From the human T2T-CHM13v2.0 reference genome, Homo sapiens, in the NCBI RefSeq assembly GCF_009914755.1, contig NC_060936.1: a DNA stretch of 64,000 bases. One strand, written 5' to 3'. Of this stretch, positions 36,528-54,274 are shown piece after piece. Both the position numbers and the translations under genes were made by a program. Below the pieces are notes generated by a model that saw only the letters and a program-made list of their open reading frames with translations, searched no databases and was not told the origin of the DNA. How positions within the stretch are numbered: position 1 is the stretch's first letter; the number at the start of each line of letters is the position of its first letter.

Positions 36528-36938
36528 CGTAATATGAATACCTAAGACTGTAAGTTTCCAAGAAATACAGCTTTAGCTGCACCTTGCATGTGTCAATATG
36601 TAGGATTTTTATTATCCTGCATATTAAAGTTTTAGTTAAATGGTTTAAATTTTTATTCAACTTTTTTTGACCCATAGATCATATAGACATGTGTTATTAA
36701 ACACTAAATGTGTGAAGTTATTCCCCTTTTTAGCCTGCTTTATTGTTTTTTTAAGTTTCTGGCTTAAGAGCACTGAGATTAGAAGACATGCCATGTATGA
36801 TTTCAAGCCTTTGATGTGTATTTAAATTTTCTTTACTGACCATTGTATAGTCAATTTTGCAAATGTTCTGCAGATGTTCCAAGTGTATTTGAAAAGAAGG
36901 TGTGTTTTGCAATTATTGGCTATAATGTTCTGTATGTA

Positions 36939-37015
36939 TTAGATTGGTGCAAAAGTAATTGCTGTTTTCACCATTTTTTAATGTCAAAACTGCAATTACT
37001 TTTGCACCAGCCTAA
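36939..37015. mobile_element. MADE1 (Hsmar1 MITE), complete
   Basis: TA-ttagattggtgcaaaagtaattgc...gcaattacttttgcaccagcctaa-TA. Confidence 0.9.
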
Positions 37016-37036
37016 TATCAAAGTTTTCATTATGTT

Positions 37037-37410
37037 TGTATTAGTCTCTTTTCATACTGCTATAAAGAACTGCTTGAGATTGGGTAATTTATAAAGGAAA
37101 GAGGTTTAATTGACTCACAGTTCAGCATGGCTAAGGAGGCCTCAGGAAACTTATAGTCATGGCAGAAGGTGAAGGGGAAGCAAGGCACCTTCTTCACAGG
37201 CAGCAGGAAGGAGATATTCTGAGCGAAGGAAGAAGAGCCCCTTATAAAATCACCAGATCTTGTGAGAACTCACTCACTATCATGAGAACAGCATGGGGAA
37301 AACCACCCCCATGATTCAATTACCTCTACTGATCTCTCCTTTGACACATGGGGATTATGGGGATTATAATTCAAGATGAAATTTGGGTGGAACTAAGCCT
37401 AATTATATCA
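37037..37410 (-). mobile_element. THE1D/MSTA-type MaLR solo LTR
   Basis: tgtattagtc...gggtaatttataaaggaaagagg...atatca. TSD atg(t/c)t. Confidence 0.9.
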
Positions 37411-38360
37411 ATGCTGTAAATATTTTGTCTGATTTTTTAATATCAATTATGAGAAAACTGTGTTGAAGTCTAGTACTCTGATTGTAGAATTGTTCTTTTC
37501 TCCTTATAATTCAATTAATTTTATGCCATGCATTTTAAAGTCATGTTTTAGGTAGATACAAAATAATACATACAAGTATATCTATTTGAATTGTACCTTT
37601 TGTCCTAACAACTTGATCCTCTTTCTCCCAAGCAATTATTTCAGCTTTATAGTCTATCTTGTATAATATTAATAAAGTGACATTAGCTTCCTTTTAGTTA
37701 GATTACTTGATATATTTTTTCCATTCTTTTACTTTCACCTTGTCTAAATCATTATGTGTTAGATCTATTTCTAATAAATTGCATATAATTAGATTCTTTT
37801 TAAAAATTCAATATGGCAATCTTTGTCTTTTACAGTGCATTTAGTTCATTTTTATTTAATGTAACTGCTGATATATTTGAATTTATACCTATGATTCAAG
37901 TTTTCTTTTTGTATTTTTAATTATTTATTCTTTTTTCTCTATTAGTATAGAAACTATATACTCTGTTTATATAATATTTTAAAATAGTTATTCTGTAAAT
38001 TTCTACAGGCACACTTAACTAATCAAAGTCCAAATTTAGCCAATATTTTTAACCTTCTCTGGGACATTTCAAGGACCATAGGAGCTTTTGCTTCATTTAT
38101 TCCTCTCCCTATTTTTGTGTTATTGTCTTTGTCTATTTTAATACTTTTTTAAACTCTAGAGATATTATTTTATTGAATCAGTGGTCTTCTAGCTTTACGT
38201 CCTCATTACCACTTTATCTTGCTCTTTATTTCTTCATTTTTCTCAGACCTTCCAGATGGAATTGCTTTCCTCTGGCTCTGAGATACATTTTTTACAGTTG
38301 ACTTGAGTGTGGATCTACTGGTGGCAAACTCTCTCGGTTTTTGTCTTCTAAGAACTGTCT

Positions 38361-41812
<3,452 letters not shown>

Positions 41813-42689
41813 AAACTGTCTTTATCGCATTCTCCCTGAAAGGTATTTTAATGAATATAGAATTATAATGTGATAGTGGTTTTCTCTCAGCACATTCCAA
41901 CTAGTATTCTATTATCTTCTCACTTCCATTAATTTTGTTGGGATGAAAGCTATCAGACCAACTGTACCTCTTTTAAAATTAATCTTTGCTTCTGGCTGTT
42001 ATTTTTACCAGCTTCTCTTTTAATTTTATATTTTGCAGTTTCACTGGAAATTTTTATCCTATTTTACATTTGTTGAGATTTTCGTATTTGTGTTTTCATC
42101 ACTTCTGGAAAACTTTTAGCTATTAATTATTGGGATTTAAAAATTCTCTCTTTTTACTACTTCTAGATCTCTGATTTAATATTTGTTAAATCACCTCCCT
42201 CTCTTTTCTATATTTCCTCATCTCTATTCCAAATTTTCTAACTTTTCAAAAATCTGTGCTGCATTCTGGACTATTTCTTTTGAACTATCTCCAATTCACA
42301 AATTCTCTTTTTAGTTGAGTCTAACCTACTGTAAAACCCATATATTTACTTTTCAATTTTGCTTATTGTGCTTCTCATTTTTAGAAGATACTTTTTTTCT
42401 GCAAATCTATTTTGTCATTACTCCATGTTTCTATTTTCTGAACAAAATTTTAATTTTGTCTCTTATTTTTTAAACCATTATATGTTAAATCTGTTGGGGA
42501 TCAGTATTGTGTAGCCTGTGTTTGTAATTTAAGCATCTGAGGTCTTTGTGGATACAATTTTTCTTTCTGATTTTTGTTTATGATACCTAGTTTCCTTGAA
42601 CAGTTCACAAAGAGATATGTCAACTACTTATTTTCCTGGAAATTTATTTGTGAGAGTTATCTGAGGTCTAGAGTTAAGGTGATGTGTAA

Positions 42690-42768
42690 TGTGTGTATGT
42701 GTGTGTTTGTGTGTGTGTATGTGTGTGTATATGCATACACACATATCCACACACACACCTATATATAT
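42690..42768. repeat. (TG)n/(CA)n degenerate microsatellite
   Basis: Direct reading. Confidence 0.85.
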
Positions 42769-42769
42769 T

Positions 42770-43280
42770 CTGAAAGGAATCTCTGGATCAGAAAACAGAG
42801 CCTTTATTACCCACAAAGTATCTTTGTACCTGCAACCTCATTCTCAATAGGGTGATGTAATAAGGGCTAGACGTTCACCTGTGCATGCAGTGGGATTGTA
42901 CCATAGGAGAGGATCGCTGAAATTATGAGACTTGGAGCTTATATAGGGTGAGAGAGAGAAAACTTTACTCTGAAGTATAAATGAATCCTCTCTGGGGAAG
43001 AGAGGGAAGAAGAACTTAGTTTTTACCTCCCTAGAATACAGAAGTGTAAGCAAATGGCTTCTAGGGAGACAAATTTCTAAGCCTTTGCAGAACAATATCC
43101 TGTTGCTTCCATGGCAGCTCTGGTGTTAAGTCAGCCTTTAACTATTTTACCAGCGCTTTTTGCCCAGAAAGCCTGTACCACACAGAAATGTAAAAATATT
43201 CACAGAAAATTGTTTTCCAACAGGTGGTCCTCCCCAGAGTTTAGCACCCTTTGCTTGCACCAAGTGCCTCAGGTTATAGG
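42770..43280 (-). mobile_element. Possible old ERV solo LTR, family unassigned
   Basis: Minus strand shows a TATA-like tataag, then AATAAA about 30 bp before the apparent end, with LTR-like composition. Confidence 0.35.
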
Positions 43281-43739
43281 CAATCTGGCACCCATTTAAC
43301 CTCATCTAAGTTAAATTAATAGCTTGAGGTATATTGAGCCACTCAGATAACATATATTAACAAATTTGAAAGAGAAAAAATACTTGTTTTATGTTATCTC
43401 AGAGATAAATCCCTCCTCCCTCGTGAGTTCTCAGCGCCAAAGTAAATTTTCTTGTATCCTGGGAAGTGAGTGGGGTAGTGTAGCGCAGATTTAACTCTGA
43501 GCTTTCTCTTTGCTGTTCATAATCTGCAAGGGTCTGAGTAATGAAGTTTAAGTTTGTCAGGTTCAGCAAATGTCACAGGGTCAAAGTGGTTATAGTGCTA
43601 TGCTTACCGTCATTTCTCTTTAACTTGGAGATTAGCCTATCTTGTCTGCTCTTTGACATTTTAAGATGATTTACCATATTTAAAATCTATCATTTTAATT
43701 ATTTTAATGGAAGGGTTGAATCTACCGTTTTACTAGCAT

Positions 43740-44750
43740 TCCTGCTTATATACCTCCTAAGCATCTCTGAAATACACTTAACTCTTCCTGTTTCTTCTTC
43801 CATCTCTCCAGTTCAAGTTCCCACCAGTTCTCACCCGAATTGCTGCAATAGCCCGTCTGTGTTTTCTAAATCTGCAAATATGATGCACTCAGTTCTATAG
43901 ACGCTAGTCAGATTTGTAAAAGCATATATGTTGGTATATATTGCATATATGTGTATATATTTGATTATATATGTTTATACACTATTATATGTACGTAATA
44001 TATATTTTTACACATACATATTAATGTTTATATATTACATATAAATATTAATATATGTATATGTAATACATATATTATATATAAACATACATAATCAAAT
44101 ATATAATATAAATATATAATATAATATATAAATATATAATCAAATATTCAAATATACTCAAATGTATATGTTTGATTATATATATATTTGATTATGTCAT
44201 CTCCCCATATCCCAAACCCTTCACCAGCTTCTCATTATTCACAAGAATAACGCCTACATATAACTATTTGGTTTGACTCCATTTTTTCCCAAGATGTTCC
44301 AGAATCACTATTTCTCTTGCTTTTGTACCCTGCCAGGCTGGCCTATGTTCAATGTTTTGTGTACCTCATATTCCATGCTTTTTTCTGACATGGAACCTTT
44401 GAATGTACCTTTCCCTCTGCCTGCAATGCTATGCTTCCTGCTCCACTCCCACTTAGCTCTTCCTCCGTTCAACTATTACTTCCTTAGGGACTTTCTCACA
44501 CCTCTTTTTCTCATCAAGTTCTTTTGTCATGGACCCTCAAGGTATTACTTGCTTTCTTTTCTGGGCACTTTTCGCAGCTGTAATTGTATATGTGTCTGTT
44601 TTCTTTGCCTGTCTTCATGTAGGCTCTAAGCTGCATGAGGGCAGAACCACATCCATTGAGCTCACCGTTACAGCTAGTCCTTAACATCTAGTGCAACTCT
44701 GGTACTTGGGTCATTGAAGGTAGTAAATATAAACATATTTACTAAATAGG
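43740..44750 (+). mobile_element. L2a LINE 3' region
   Basis: ttccctctgcctgcaatgct, ctaagctgcatgagggcag and aaatat...ttactaaat L2 tail motifs. Confidence 0.7.
43925..44195. repeat. AT-rich imperfect palindromic tract
   Basis: Nested inverted arms across 43954-44105. Confidence 0.85.
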
Positions 44751-45224
44751 TAAAGGAACGCAATGTTGATTATATCTTGTACGTTATATGGTGAAATCCT
44801 CTATAGAGAGTTACCATATGATACACTTGTGAGATAGTCAAAGGAAGAGTAAAAGTATATAGAAAATATTGCCTATGATATTTTTGTGTTAAATATAACA
44901 GATTATTGGCCTATTAGGTCAGAGATCTCACATTCTTCAAAAATGTTAGTTTTCTTTAATAATATACGATGATTTTGGATGACAGCATAGGTAATTCATT
45001 CTAAGAAGAGGTAATGTGACATGATAAAGGGCTGTACAAATGGTGGGGCTTCAGATCCTGTAAATCCTAGTATGAACAGTGTCATAATGAAGTTGTTTTC
45101 TAATACTCTTGACAGAGGCTAAAACTAGGAAAGAAAAATGGCTTATCTCATGATGTATTCTCTATGATAGTGTATTTTCTATGATGATGTATATTAGAAT
45201 TGTATTCTTTTTAGATGTAAAAGT

Positions 45225-45730
45225 AGTGTAGAACAATCACTAAGAACATAGACTTGAGAATCATGTCTGCCTTAATATTCAGGCTCAAACACTTATCAGT
45301 TCTATGGTCATTACAGAGTTAGATAAGTTCTCTACACCCGAGGTGACTTGGTTGTCAAATGAAATTAATAATAATACCAACCTCATAAGGTTGTTGTAAG
45401 GATAACAAGAGTTAGCCCATATAAAGTGTATAAACTAGTGCCTGATAAATAGTAAACTATTAAAAAAATTAGTCACTATTATTACTGCCTGTGATATATA
45501 TGGATTTTTAAATTAAGAAGTTTTACACTTGCAGTGTGGACATTGAGGCTATATTATTTCTGGATAGTTTCCTCTTATAGATCAAATTTAAGGTCACGCT
45601 TGAAGTCAGAAGACTTAGATTTGAATCCAAACCACTAAATGTGACCATGAGTACAACCTGAATCATACTTACATCTGTAATGTAGAGGATGATAATACCT
45701 ACCTGAGAGGGTTGTTTTAAAGTTTCCAAA
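45225..45730 (+). mobile_element. Two MIR SINE copies
   Basis: ataataccaacctcataaggttgttgtaagg and catctgtaatg...gataatacctacctgagagggttgtt cores. Confidence 0.7.
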
Positions 45731-45948
45731 CATGGTAGATAGTCTAACTGCTCCAATCAGATCTCCTAGTTGCCCTTTGTAGTGAGATATTATTTTGAGC
45801 TATTAATTTTTTTCCTAATATCTGCCCAGTTGGAAATTGGTCAGAGGCATTTGTTGCTTGAGGAGAATTAGGATTGTGCATAACAAGCATTTAGAGAAAG
45901 AATCAACTAATATTTCAACTTTGACATCCAAAATAGGCTTTTGGAGCC

Positions 45949-46298
45949 TGATATGGTTTGGCTGTGTTACTCCCAAATCTCACCTTGAATTGTAGCTCCC
46001 ATAATGCCCACATGTCCTGGGAGGGACCCAGTGGGAGGTAATTAAATCATGCGGATGAGTTTTTTCCATGCTGTTCTCATGGTAGTGAATAAATCTCATG
46101 AGATCCGATGGTTTTATAAAGGGCAGTTCCCCTACCTGCCACCATGTGAGATGTGCCTTTGCTCTTCCTTCACCTTCTGCCATGATTGTGAGGCCTCCCC
46201 AACCATGTGGAACTGTAAGTCCATTAAACTTCTTTTTCTTTATAGATTACCCGGTCTCAAGTAAGTCTTTATTAGCAGGGTGAGAACAGACTAATACA
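45949..46298 (+). mobile_element. THE1B/C solo LTR
   Basis: tgatatggtttggctgtgt...agactaataca with perfect 5-bp TSD gagcc. Confidence 0.95.
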
Positions 46299-47741
46299 GA
46301 GCCCTCCTCAAAAACAGTAATTTTGAAAATAATATTTTTGTTTGGAAAAGTCAACCTTTAATGGGGAGAAGAAAAGGCTCTTGATTCAAGAAGGACTCAG
46401 AATGAAGCAGAACATAGATAATATGTCATAATAATAAGCCAGAAAGAGAGTAGGGAACTCCTCAGTCCACCCCACCTGTCCTGGATGGTGATAGTGAAGG
46501 TGGTTAATTTAGGGGTGAGTTGTGTGGCTACTCAATGAACATCACTTTAAAAGAAAGGAAGGAGAAGAGAGACCAGCAAATTAGCATCAAGAGAACCACT
46601 ATCACTGACTTTCTCGAGCCCTATTTGGCTCTGCAGGAGCTAAACTGGTATCTACGGATGCTGTGTTGCCATTTGGGCAACCACCACATACCACTTGTGT
46701 TGAGAAGCCATGCTAGCCACTGCTCAGGTAGCTGTCAAGGGAGAGTCTTACAGACACAACTGCCTGCATGTCCATGAATCCTGCAGCAAAAAAGACATCT
46801 GTTCATCCCGCAAGATTTTGCTAACTCTCATCCAAGCAGCCCCATTGTGAACAGAACACTCAATTTTTAATGGTACAGGCATTTTATGACCCCTGAGAAC
46901 AGCAGGTAAGTGGTGGTATGGAGTTGAAAGAGAATTCTCCCAGCATCCGTATCTGGATTGAAAGGGTAGATGGTGAAATACCCATCACACCTGATTCCCT
47001 TTTATCCCCTCCCCAGGTCCAGTGAGTAAACTCTCACTTATCCTCATAGATAGATCTCAATTTTCTCATTTACCCTTATTTTTTTCCATACATTCTCAAG
47101 GAAGTGTCGGTTATCCCTTCTTTTTGGGATAAACCACTATAGTTTGTATTCTAGCATTTGTCATAGTATGCTGCCAGTATTTGTTTACATTTGTTTCCAC
47201 TTCTAGACTATGCAATTAATAGTGTTATTTAATCTTGGCATCTCCAGCATATAATTTCTGACACATTGAAGACTCTTAGCCATTGCCAAATCAATGAATG
47301 AAAGTATACATATATTAATATGAATATGTGAATGTATATTATTTTCTTCTTACAAACATAATATTAAGGCTTACTTTCTGCAAAATTTAGAAAATTCAGA
47401 ATAAATATAAGTTTTGTAGAAACTGTAGAATCAACAACTAAGTATTATGATATTTGCCTGCTAAGAGTTGGGACCATCTGGTTTTATACAAAAAAAAATA
47501 ATAATAATAATAAGGTATTTCCTCTGTTACCAAGAGAGGTAATATTGGTGCTCAAAAAGGCTCTCAGGTCCCCCCTAGCTTTCATGCTCTCTTTATTCCT
47601 GTGGAATATCAATTTTTCTAGCTACTAGCTTTTATAGTTTTATGTATACTGATTTATGATTTTCTAGCCTAAAAATGTGGACTCCACAGGTTGAAGACTC
47701 ACAATTAATTGGTAAACCATTTATTAAGTTCAAACTACTGA

Positions 47742-48141
<400 letters not shown>

Positions 48142-48167
48142 AAGGTGGTTATTTTAAAAATATTTTC

Positions 48168-48457
<290 letters not shown>

Positions 48458-48803
48458 TTTTTTTTTCTGATAATTACTATATGCTTTAGCATGTATTGTA
48501 GGTCAAAACACCTATGTAAGCGACTGGAACATTAAAAGCCACATTTGCATTTCATAGTAGATATGTACATTTTCTGGAATTATATGGTCAGATTAGATGT
48601 CTTATACTACTCTTCCTATATTTCTTGACATTTTTCTAGTTTGAATACAAATACAAGAACTTTGCTCAGTAACATTAGCAGTTTACATTGTTTATTTCAC
48701 AATGCCTTAATTTCCATAGGGAGGAGGGGTACATTGTGAATTACACAGATCTGAGAACCTCCTCTTATTTACTCATCTGATTTCCATGGCCATGAATAAA
48801 ATA

Positions 48804-49249
48804 CAGTTGACTTTTGAACAACAGGAGTTTAAAACATGTGGGTCCACTTATACATGAATTTTATTTTGCCTTTGCCACCCCTGAGAGAGTTAGACCAACT
48901 CCTCTACTTCCTCCTCTTCCAGCCTACTCAACATGGAAACAACCAGGATCAAGACCTTTGCAGTGACCCACTTCTACTTAATAGATAGGAAATATATTTT
49001 CTCTTCCTTATGAATTTATTAATAACATTTTCTTTTCTCTAGCTTAATTCATCTTAAGAATACAGTACATAATGTGTATAACACAAAAAATATGTGTTAA
49101 TTGACTGTTTATGTTATTGGTAACGGTTCTGATCAACAGTAGGCTATTAGTAGTTAAGTTTTTGGGGACTCAAAAGTTATATGTGAATTTCCAACTGTGT
49201 GTATGTGGAGGGGTGCTTCCTACCGCCCATGTTTTTCAAAGATCTACTG
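48804..49249. mobile_element. Tigger2a (MER28)
   Basis: TA-cagttgacttttgaacaac...tttttcaaagatctactg-TA. Confidence 0.85.
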
Positions 49250-49815
49250 TATACCTAGCTACACAAACGAGGGGAAATGGCAGGAATGGCTTGCTTATTT
49301 ATCTTCAAACATCAGTAGTAGAAAAATTATAGATAAAATTCTATAAAATTTATTTTATAAATATTTGCAGCCATAATCAAGAAATAATCTTTCATTTCAT
49401 TTCATATGCAGAGATTTTGCAAAAAGAGTAATATACATTTAGTAGTCCTTTTCATGTGCATTTGTATATAATCAAATAGTTGCCTTTACTGGATAACATA
49501 GGGTCACCTGGGCCTACCATTTTCATTTGGTTCTTTAAATATTCAATGTGAGAATAAGATATAAAATGAGACCATGAGGAAAAGAAAGAACTTTGTAGAT
49601 GCAGATTTAATTGGTTATAAAGTCAATTTATACCTCTACTTTAAGAACTTGCATGTTTCTGCTTAAAACTATTTATAAATGTTCTGTTATAAGCTTGTTA
49701 TTTTAATGATGTGAATGAAGATAGTTTGCAAAGTTGGAAATGAGTAAGGGTCAGATTCAGCCTTCAAAAAATACAAAAATGTGTAACTAAATATTGTAGT
49801 GCTAACACTGAGGAT

Positions 49816-50152
49816 TGTAGTGCAAGTCATTTTAAGCTTTTATATCTAGATACCATAACCTGGAGTGGCTTAAACAACAGAAACTTATTTCTCACAGCTC
49901 TGGAGGGGAGGACTCCAGCATGGTCATTCTGGTGAGGGCTGTTTTTCTGGATTTCTTACGTGGCAGGGTGAGGGGGCAGGGGGAGGAAGTAAGCTCTCTC
50001 CTGTCTCTTCTTATAGGAGCACCAGCCCCATCATGAGGGCTCCATCTTTATCTAATTACCTCCCAAAGGCCCCATCTCCAAATACCATCACATTGGAGAT
50101 TGGGGTTTTAGTATACACATTTTGGGGGAACACAAACATGTAATCCATAACA
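49816..50152 (-). mobile_element. MLT1A-type solo LTR
   Basis: gtggcttaaacaacagaaacttatttctcacagctctggagg...tccataaca. Confidence 0.85.
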
Positions 50153-50513
50153 CAGGAAAATAAGCAAAATGGCTGAGGGTGTATATGTAAAAAAAGTTGT
50201 TGTAGACTGGAGAGAAGCATTGAGAAAGAATTCTCAAAGATTGGAGCAATTTGGTTTGAATTTCTTGAAAGTTCATTGTTGAAAACTGAATTAGGAATCT
50301 GTAGAATTTGCATTCCTCATGCCAACTGCAGTATATCCAGATCAAAAGTGTGGACCAAAAGCATGCATTGGAAGTATCACAAGGTAGCCAGTTAAAAATG
50401 GGCCAAGTTATTTAGCCTTCAATTCCTGTATGGATTAATTATCTAGTTGACAGATAAATTATTTATTCAACAAACTTTTTTGTAGTCTTACTTTGTTCTA
50501 GGTTCTCTACTGT

Positions 50514-50902
50514 TGTGTTAGTTCATTCTCATGCTGCTATGAAAAAATATCTGAGAGTGGGTAACTCATAAGGGAAAGAGGTTTAATTGACTCACAGTTC
50601 CACACGGCTGGGAAGGCCTCAGGAAACTTACAATCATAGCAGAAGGGGAGGCAAACACATCCTTTTTCACATGGTGGCAGGAGAGGGAAGTGCAAGCAGG
50701 AAAAATGCCAGACATAAAACCTTCAGATCTTGTGAGAACTCACTCATTATCATGAGAGCAGCATGGGGGAACTGCCTCCATGATCTAATCACCTCCCATG
50801 AAGTCCCTCCCCAACACATGGAGTACAATTTGGATTTGAATTGTAATTTGGATTACAATTCAAAATGAGATTTTGGTGGGGACAGAGAGCCAGACCATAT
50901 CA
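50514..50902 (-). mobile_element. THE1C/D-type solo LTR
   Basis: tgtgttagttcattctcatgctgctatga...ccagaccatatca. Confidence 0.9.
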
Positions 50903-51579
50903 ACTTAGCTGTATAGTATAGAAATGAATGAAAACTAGTACCCTCCTCCAGGAGCTGAGAGAGCTATTTGACCAGTGCCCTGCCAATGGAGAGTAGCAGA
51001 TCAATGAAAGAATCCAAGTGTTATGACTGCTGATTTAGTACTCTTTCTAGAAGCAATATTGCTTCTGAAGTTTGATAGTCTAACCAATAAGGGGGTATGC
51101 TCAACAGTAAAGTAAGCAAATCAATACCTCTAACTTATGGTAGGTTAATAAGGGCCTAGATATTTGGAGCTGTGAAAAACAAACTTGCAGAATCTGAGGT
51201 AATGGGCCCTAGAGTTTCTACAATATGGGTGAAATTCTAAACCCAAGGAACATCCCCAAACACAACTACTAAAACATCAAAAGTATTGGCTTTAAAATAC
51301 AAAAGCAGTAAAGCAAGTATTTAAAGTATCAAGGCAAGTATTTAAATGTAATTGAGGTCCTTTCTTAATTACTTAATTAAATCACTTCTACATATGGGGA
51401 CTAGGAAATCTTCAATTTCCAGCTTGAACAGCTCTTCCATGCTCCTTGCTGTAGGGAAGGTCTTTTAAGACTTGGTGGCTGACTGCACATACATCTCTTC
51501 ATGAGGAAAATAAAGGAGTCAAAGCAGGGCAAAGGGAACTCACAATTACTGAGTATCATCCATGGGCCCCGAGTTTTAT

Positions 51580-51750
51580 GTGTGTCATGACACTTAATCA
51601 TCAAAACAACCTTATAGAGTGGCGATTATTGTCTTCATTTTACTGAAAACTAAATTCAAATTTTAAAATACTATGCCCAAGGATGCACATTGTAAATGAC
51701 AGAGCCAGAAATTGAGACAAGCTGATCTAATTCCAAGGTTCATGTTCTTT
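51580..51750 (-). mobile_element. MIR
   Basis: attattgtcttcattttac...gaaaactaa...tgcccaagg. Confidence 0.65.
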
Positions 51751-52049
51751 GCAGCATATCCTGCCACCTCCAGGGATTAGAGAAAAATTTGAATGAGTGA
51801 AAAAACATCCGAAGGTAAAGCAGGGAAGATGGAAGTTGGGAATGGCTAACATTTTGATTTTTGTTTAATTATCACATATATCAGCAGAAGATTTGGGTTT
51901 ATAATGCTCATTATTCTCTGATAAAAAATTCACGTTTCAACGAGCGGTGTCAGGAACCAAACTCAGTTCCCTCACTCACCTCTGTTGTACCCAGAAGCAA
52001 ACTCTAATACTCTTAGTTTTCCGAGAGACTATACATTCACTGAGAAATA

Positions 52050-52275
52050 AGAAGATAAAATCCTGGGCTCTGGAAGCAGATAGCCTGTGTTTAAATCCCA
52101 CCTTTGCCACCAACTTTATATATGTAGACAAATTATTTAACCTTTGTGTGCCTTGGTTGTCTCAAGAGGGATACTAATAATAATGCCTAACTCTTACACT
52201 TGGGAATAAATAAAATAATACATATAAAGAACTTAACACAGTCCAGTCCATAGTGAGTGCTCAAGAAACACTAGT
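52050..52275 (+). mobile_element. MIR
   Basis: gggctctggaagcagatagcctgtgtttaaatccc...ttatttaacct...catagtgagtgctcaa. Confidence 0.7.
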
Positions 52276-53884
52276 GACATCTTTATGTTGTTAAACTGAA
52301 TTTGATCCATTTCAAGGATCAGTAAAAAAGTTCACTGATCAATTTGGAGAACTCATACCCACCCCTCAGAGCTTATATGTTTAGTGTTTGCGAGTCCTAA
52401 ATTGGAAGAAGATCATTATTGATGTCCAGGCTCATGTGGCCTATTCAGAGACGGTAGCTCTACTCCAGAAATTAGGCTTCTCCATGGCTTTTCAGCACTA
52501 CCTAAATTGGAGCCACTTCTCTTCAAGATCCTACCACTCATTTGATTGTGGTCAGGTCATCACCAATCTTAGAAACCCAAATCTGACAATCTTCTTTCCC
52601 CGTGCTAGGGATCTAACCATGAATTTTAAGTTTGAGCCATTCCCTTTTCCAAATGCTCTGTTCTTGCCTTTTCTCAGATACCTCAGCCTACCTCTTCTTA
52701 AAATACAAGCTCCTGTGGGCATTATCTTCAAGATTCACACTTTGTCTGGCATATTCTCTTGTCTGGCTCTAAGGAAAGTGTTGTTTCTTCACCAGGGGTG
52801 GGAGTGGTGAAAAGGCAGATACTGGAACTTTAGAAACCGTGGTCTGTCCTTCTTGGGGGAAGAGAGATAGGTGCCTTTATTATTTCCTAGAGAGATTCCT
52901 TCAGAAAAAAGGAAAAAATCTCGACAATGAACTTTCTCAATAAATTACCTTGTAATTACCATGCTATCTGTAAGATACTGTAGGAAATATGGAGAATAAT
53001 ATGATATATTTCTTCAAAGAGGTTATTCTCTAATTAGTCAAAGGAGACCAAGTCAAGGCAAAACAATTGAGATACTTGGGATTCCTGGAATTTCTATCAA
53101 ACATCTGAATATCTTTCCAGTGATTTTAAAACATGACAATTTTATCTAAGAATAGCTTGGAAGGTTATATATCTCAGCCTGAAGATATACTTTGATGGCC
53201 GTAATCTTTGCCTTTCTGCTTCAGTGATATGGAGACGGGTTGGATGCCAGGGTGTCAGAGAATCCGCCTAGCTGATTAGGCTTCCATAGACATAACAAAG
53301 GCCATACTTTAAATTAGCTCCAACAGTCTAATCAGAGTGAACAGACTACTTGAATCTGTGATGGAGACATATTGGCAGCCGATGAAGGCTGACTAGAGGG
53401 ATTCTGGTGAAAAACCAAAGTATATAAATGCTAAAAGCAGTTTGATTCTAGTGTGAGGAAAGGGTGATTTAGAAGAAAACGTTTATGTTAACAATTCATT
53501 TCTATCTTAATTTCATTTTCTTTAAAGTTTAGCTTTACATATATGAATTTTAAGAATCATACAAAATAATTTTTTCTCATCTATTTAATGAGTGACTTAA
53601 AAATATATATTTCAAAATAATTACACTCAGGAGCATTTTGATAGCACAGATCACATCATCAAGATGCCCACTTCCATCTGAAGCAAAATGCACTAATTGA
53701 AGATTCAGATCTTTTGATTGAAGAAGCCAATTACATATTGATTCTGCAACCTGGTACACGTTCATAATCTAAGAAAAACACACATTACTTGGCATGAAAG
53801 CCATTAAACTTATTCTCATAATGAACTTTTCTAGATATGTCCATTTGTTCACGTGTTTTTAAATATAGATTAAAAAAACTATCC

Positions 53885-54274
53885 TAAGTCAGGTTTCCTG
53901 GGAAACAAAATCTGAGTGGAGGTTTCCATGCAGGAGGTTTATTGGCAAGTGCTCTCAGGATCAACACCTGTGATGGAGTGAAGGGAGGAGAAAGGGTAGA
54001 AGGCAGAGCTGAGTTGTGATGCAATCACAACAAAGGCTCCTCAGATTCTAAGGAGAGCTCTGGAACTGGGATGATCCTTCAGAGCTAGACCTTTCTTCCT
54101 ATTCATCTAACAGTGATTGGATATGGGGAGCTGTCTATAGGAAGCGGGGGTGATCTTGGGTGAGAATGCTCTCTTCTGCTGAGAACAACTGCCAGAGGAC
54201 TCAACTGAGCACCTTTAACCATTAGCTGAGGCTTCTTAGCAGGTGAGGGAATGAGTGCCTCAGCATCCATTATA
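53885..54274 (-). mobile_element. LTR16-family ERVL 3' LTR
   Basis: gggaaac...tctgag...tttattgg...cagcatccattata, with an adjacent PPT-like gagtgggtggac on the minus strand. Confidence 0.7.

Noticed and set aside
52388-52810. 140-aa ORF (and the similar 135-aa ORF at 59039-59446)
   Set aside because: Non-ATG starts, no recognisable domain or splice structure; expected by chance.
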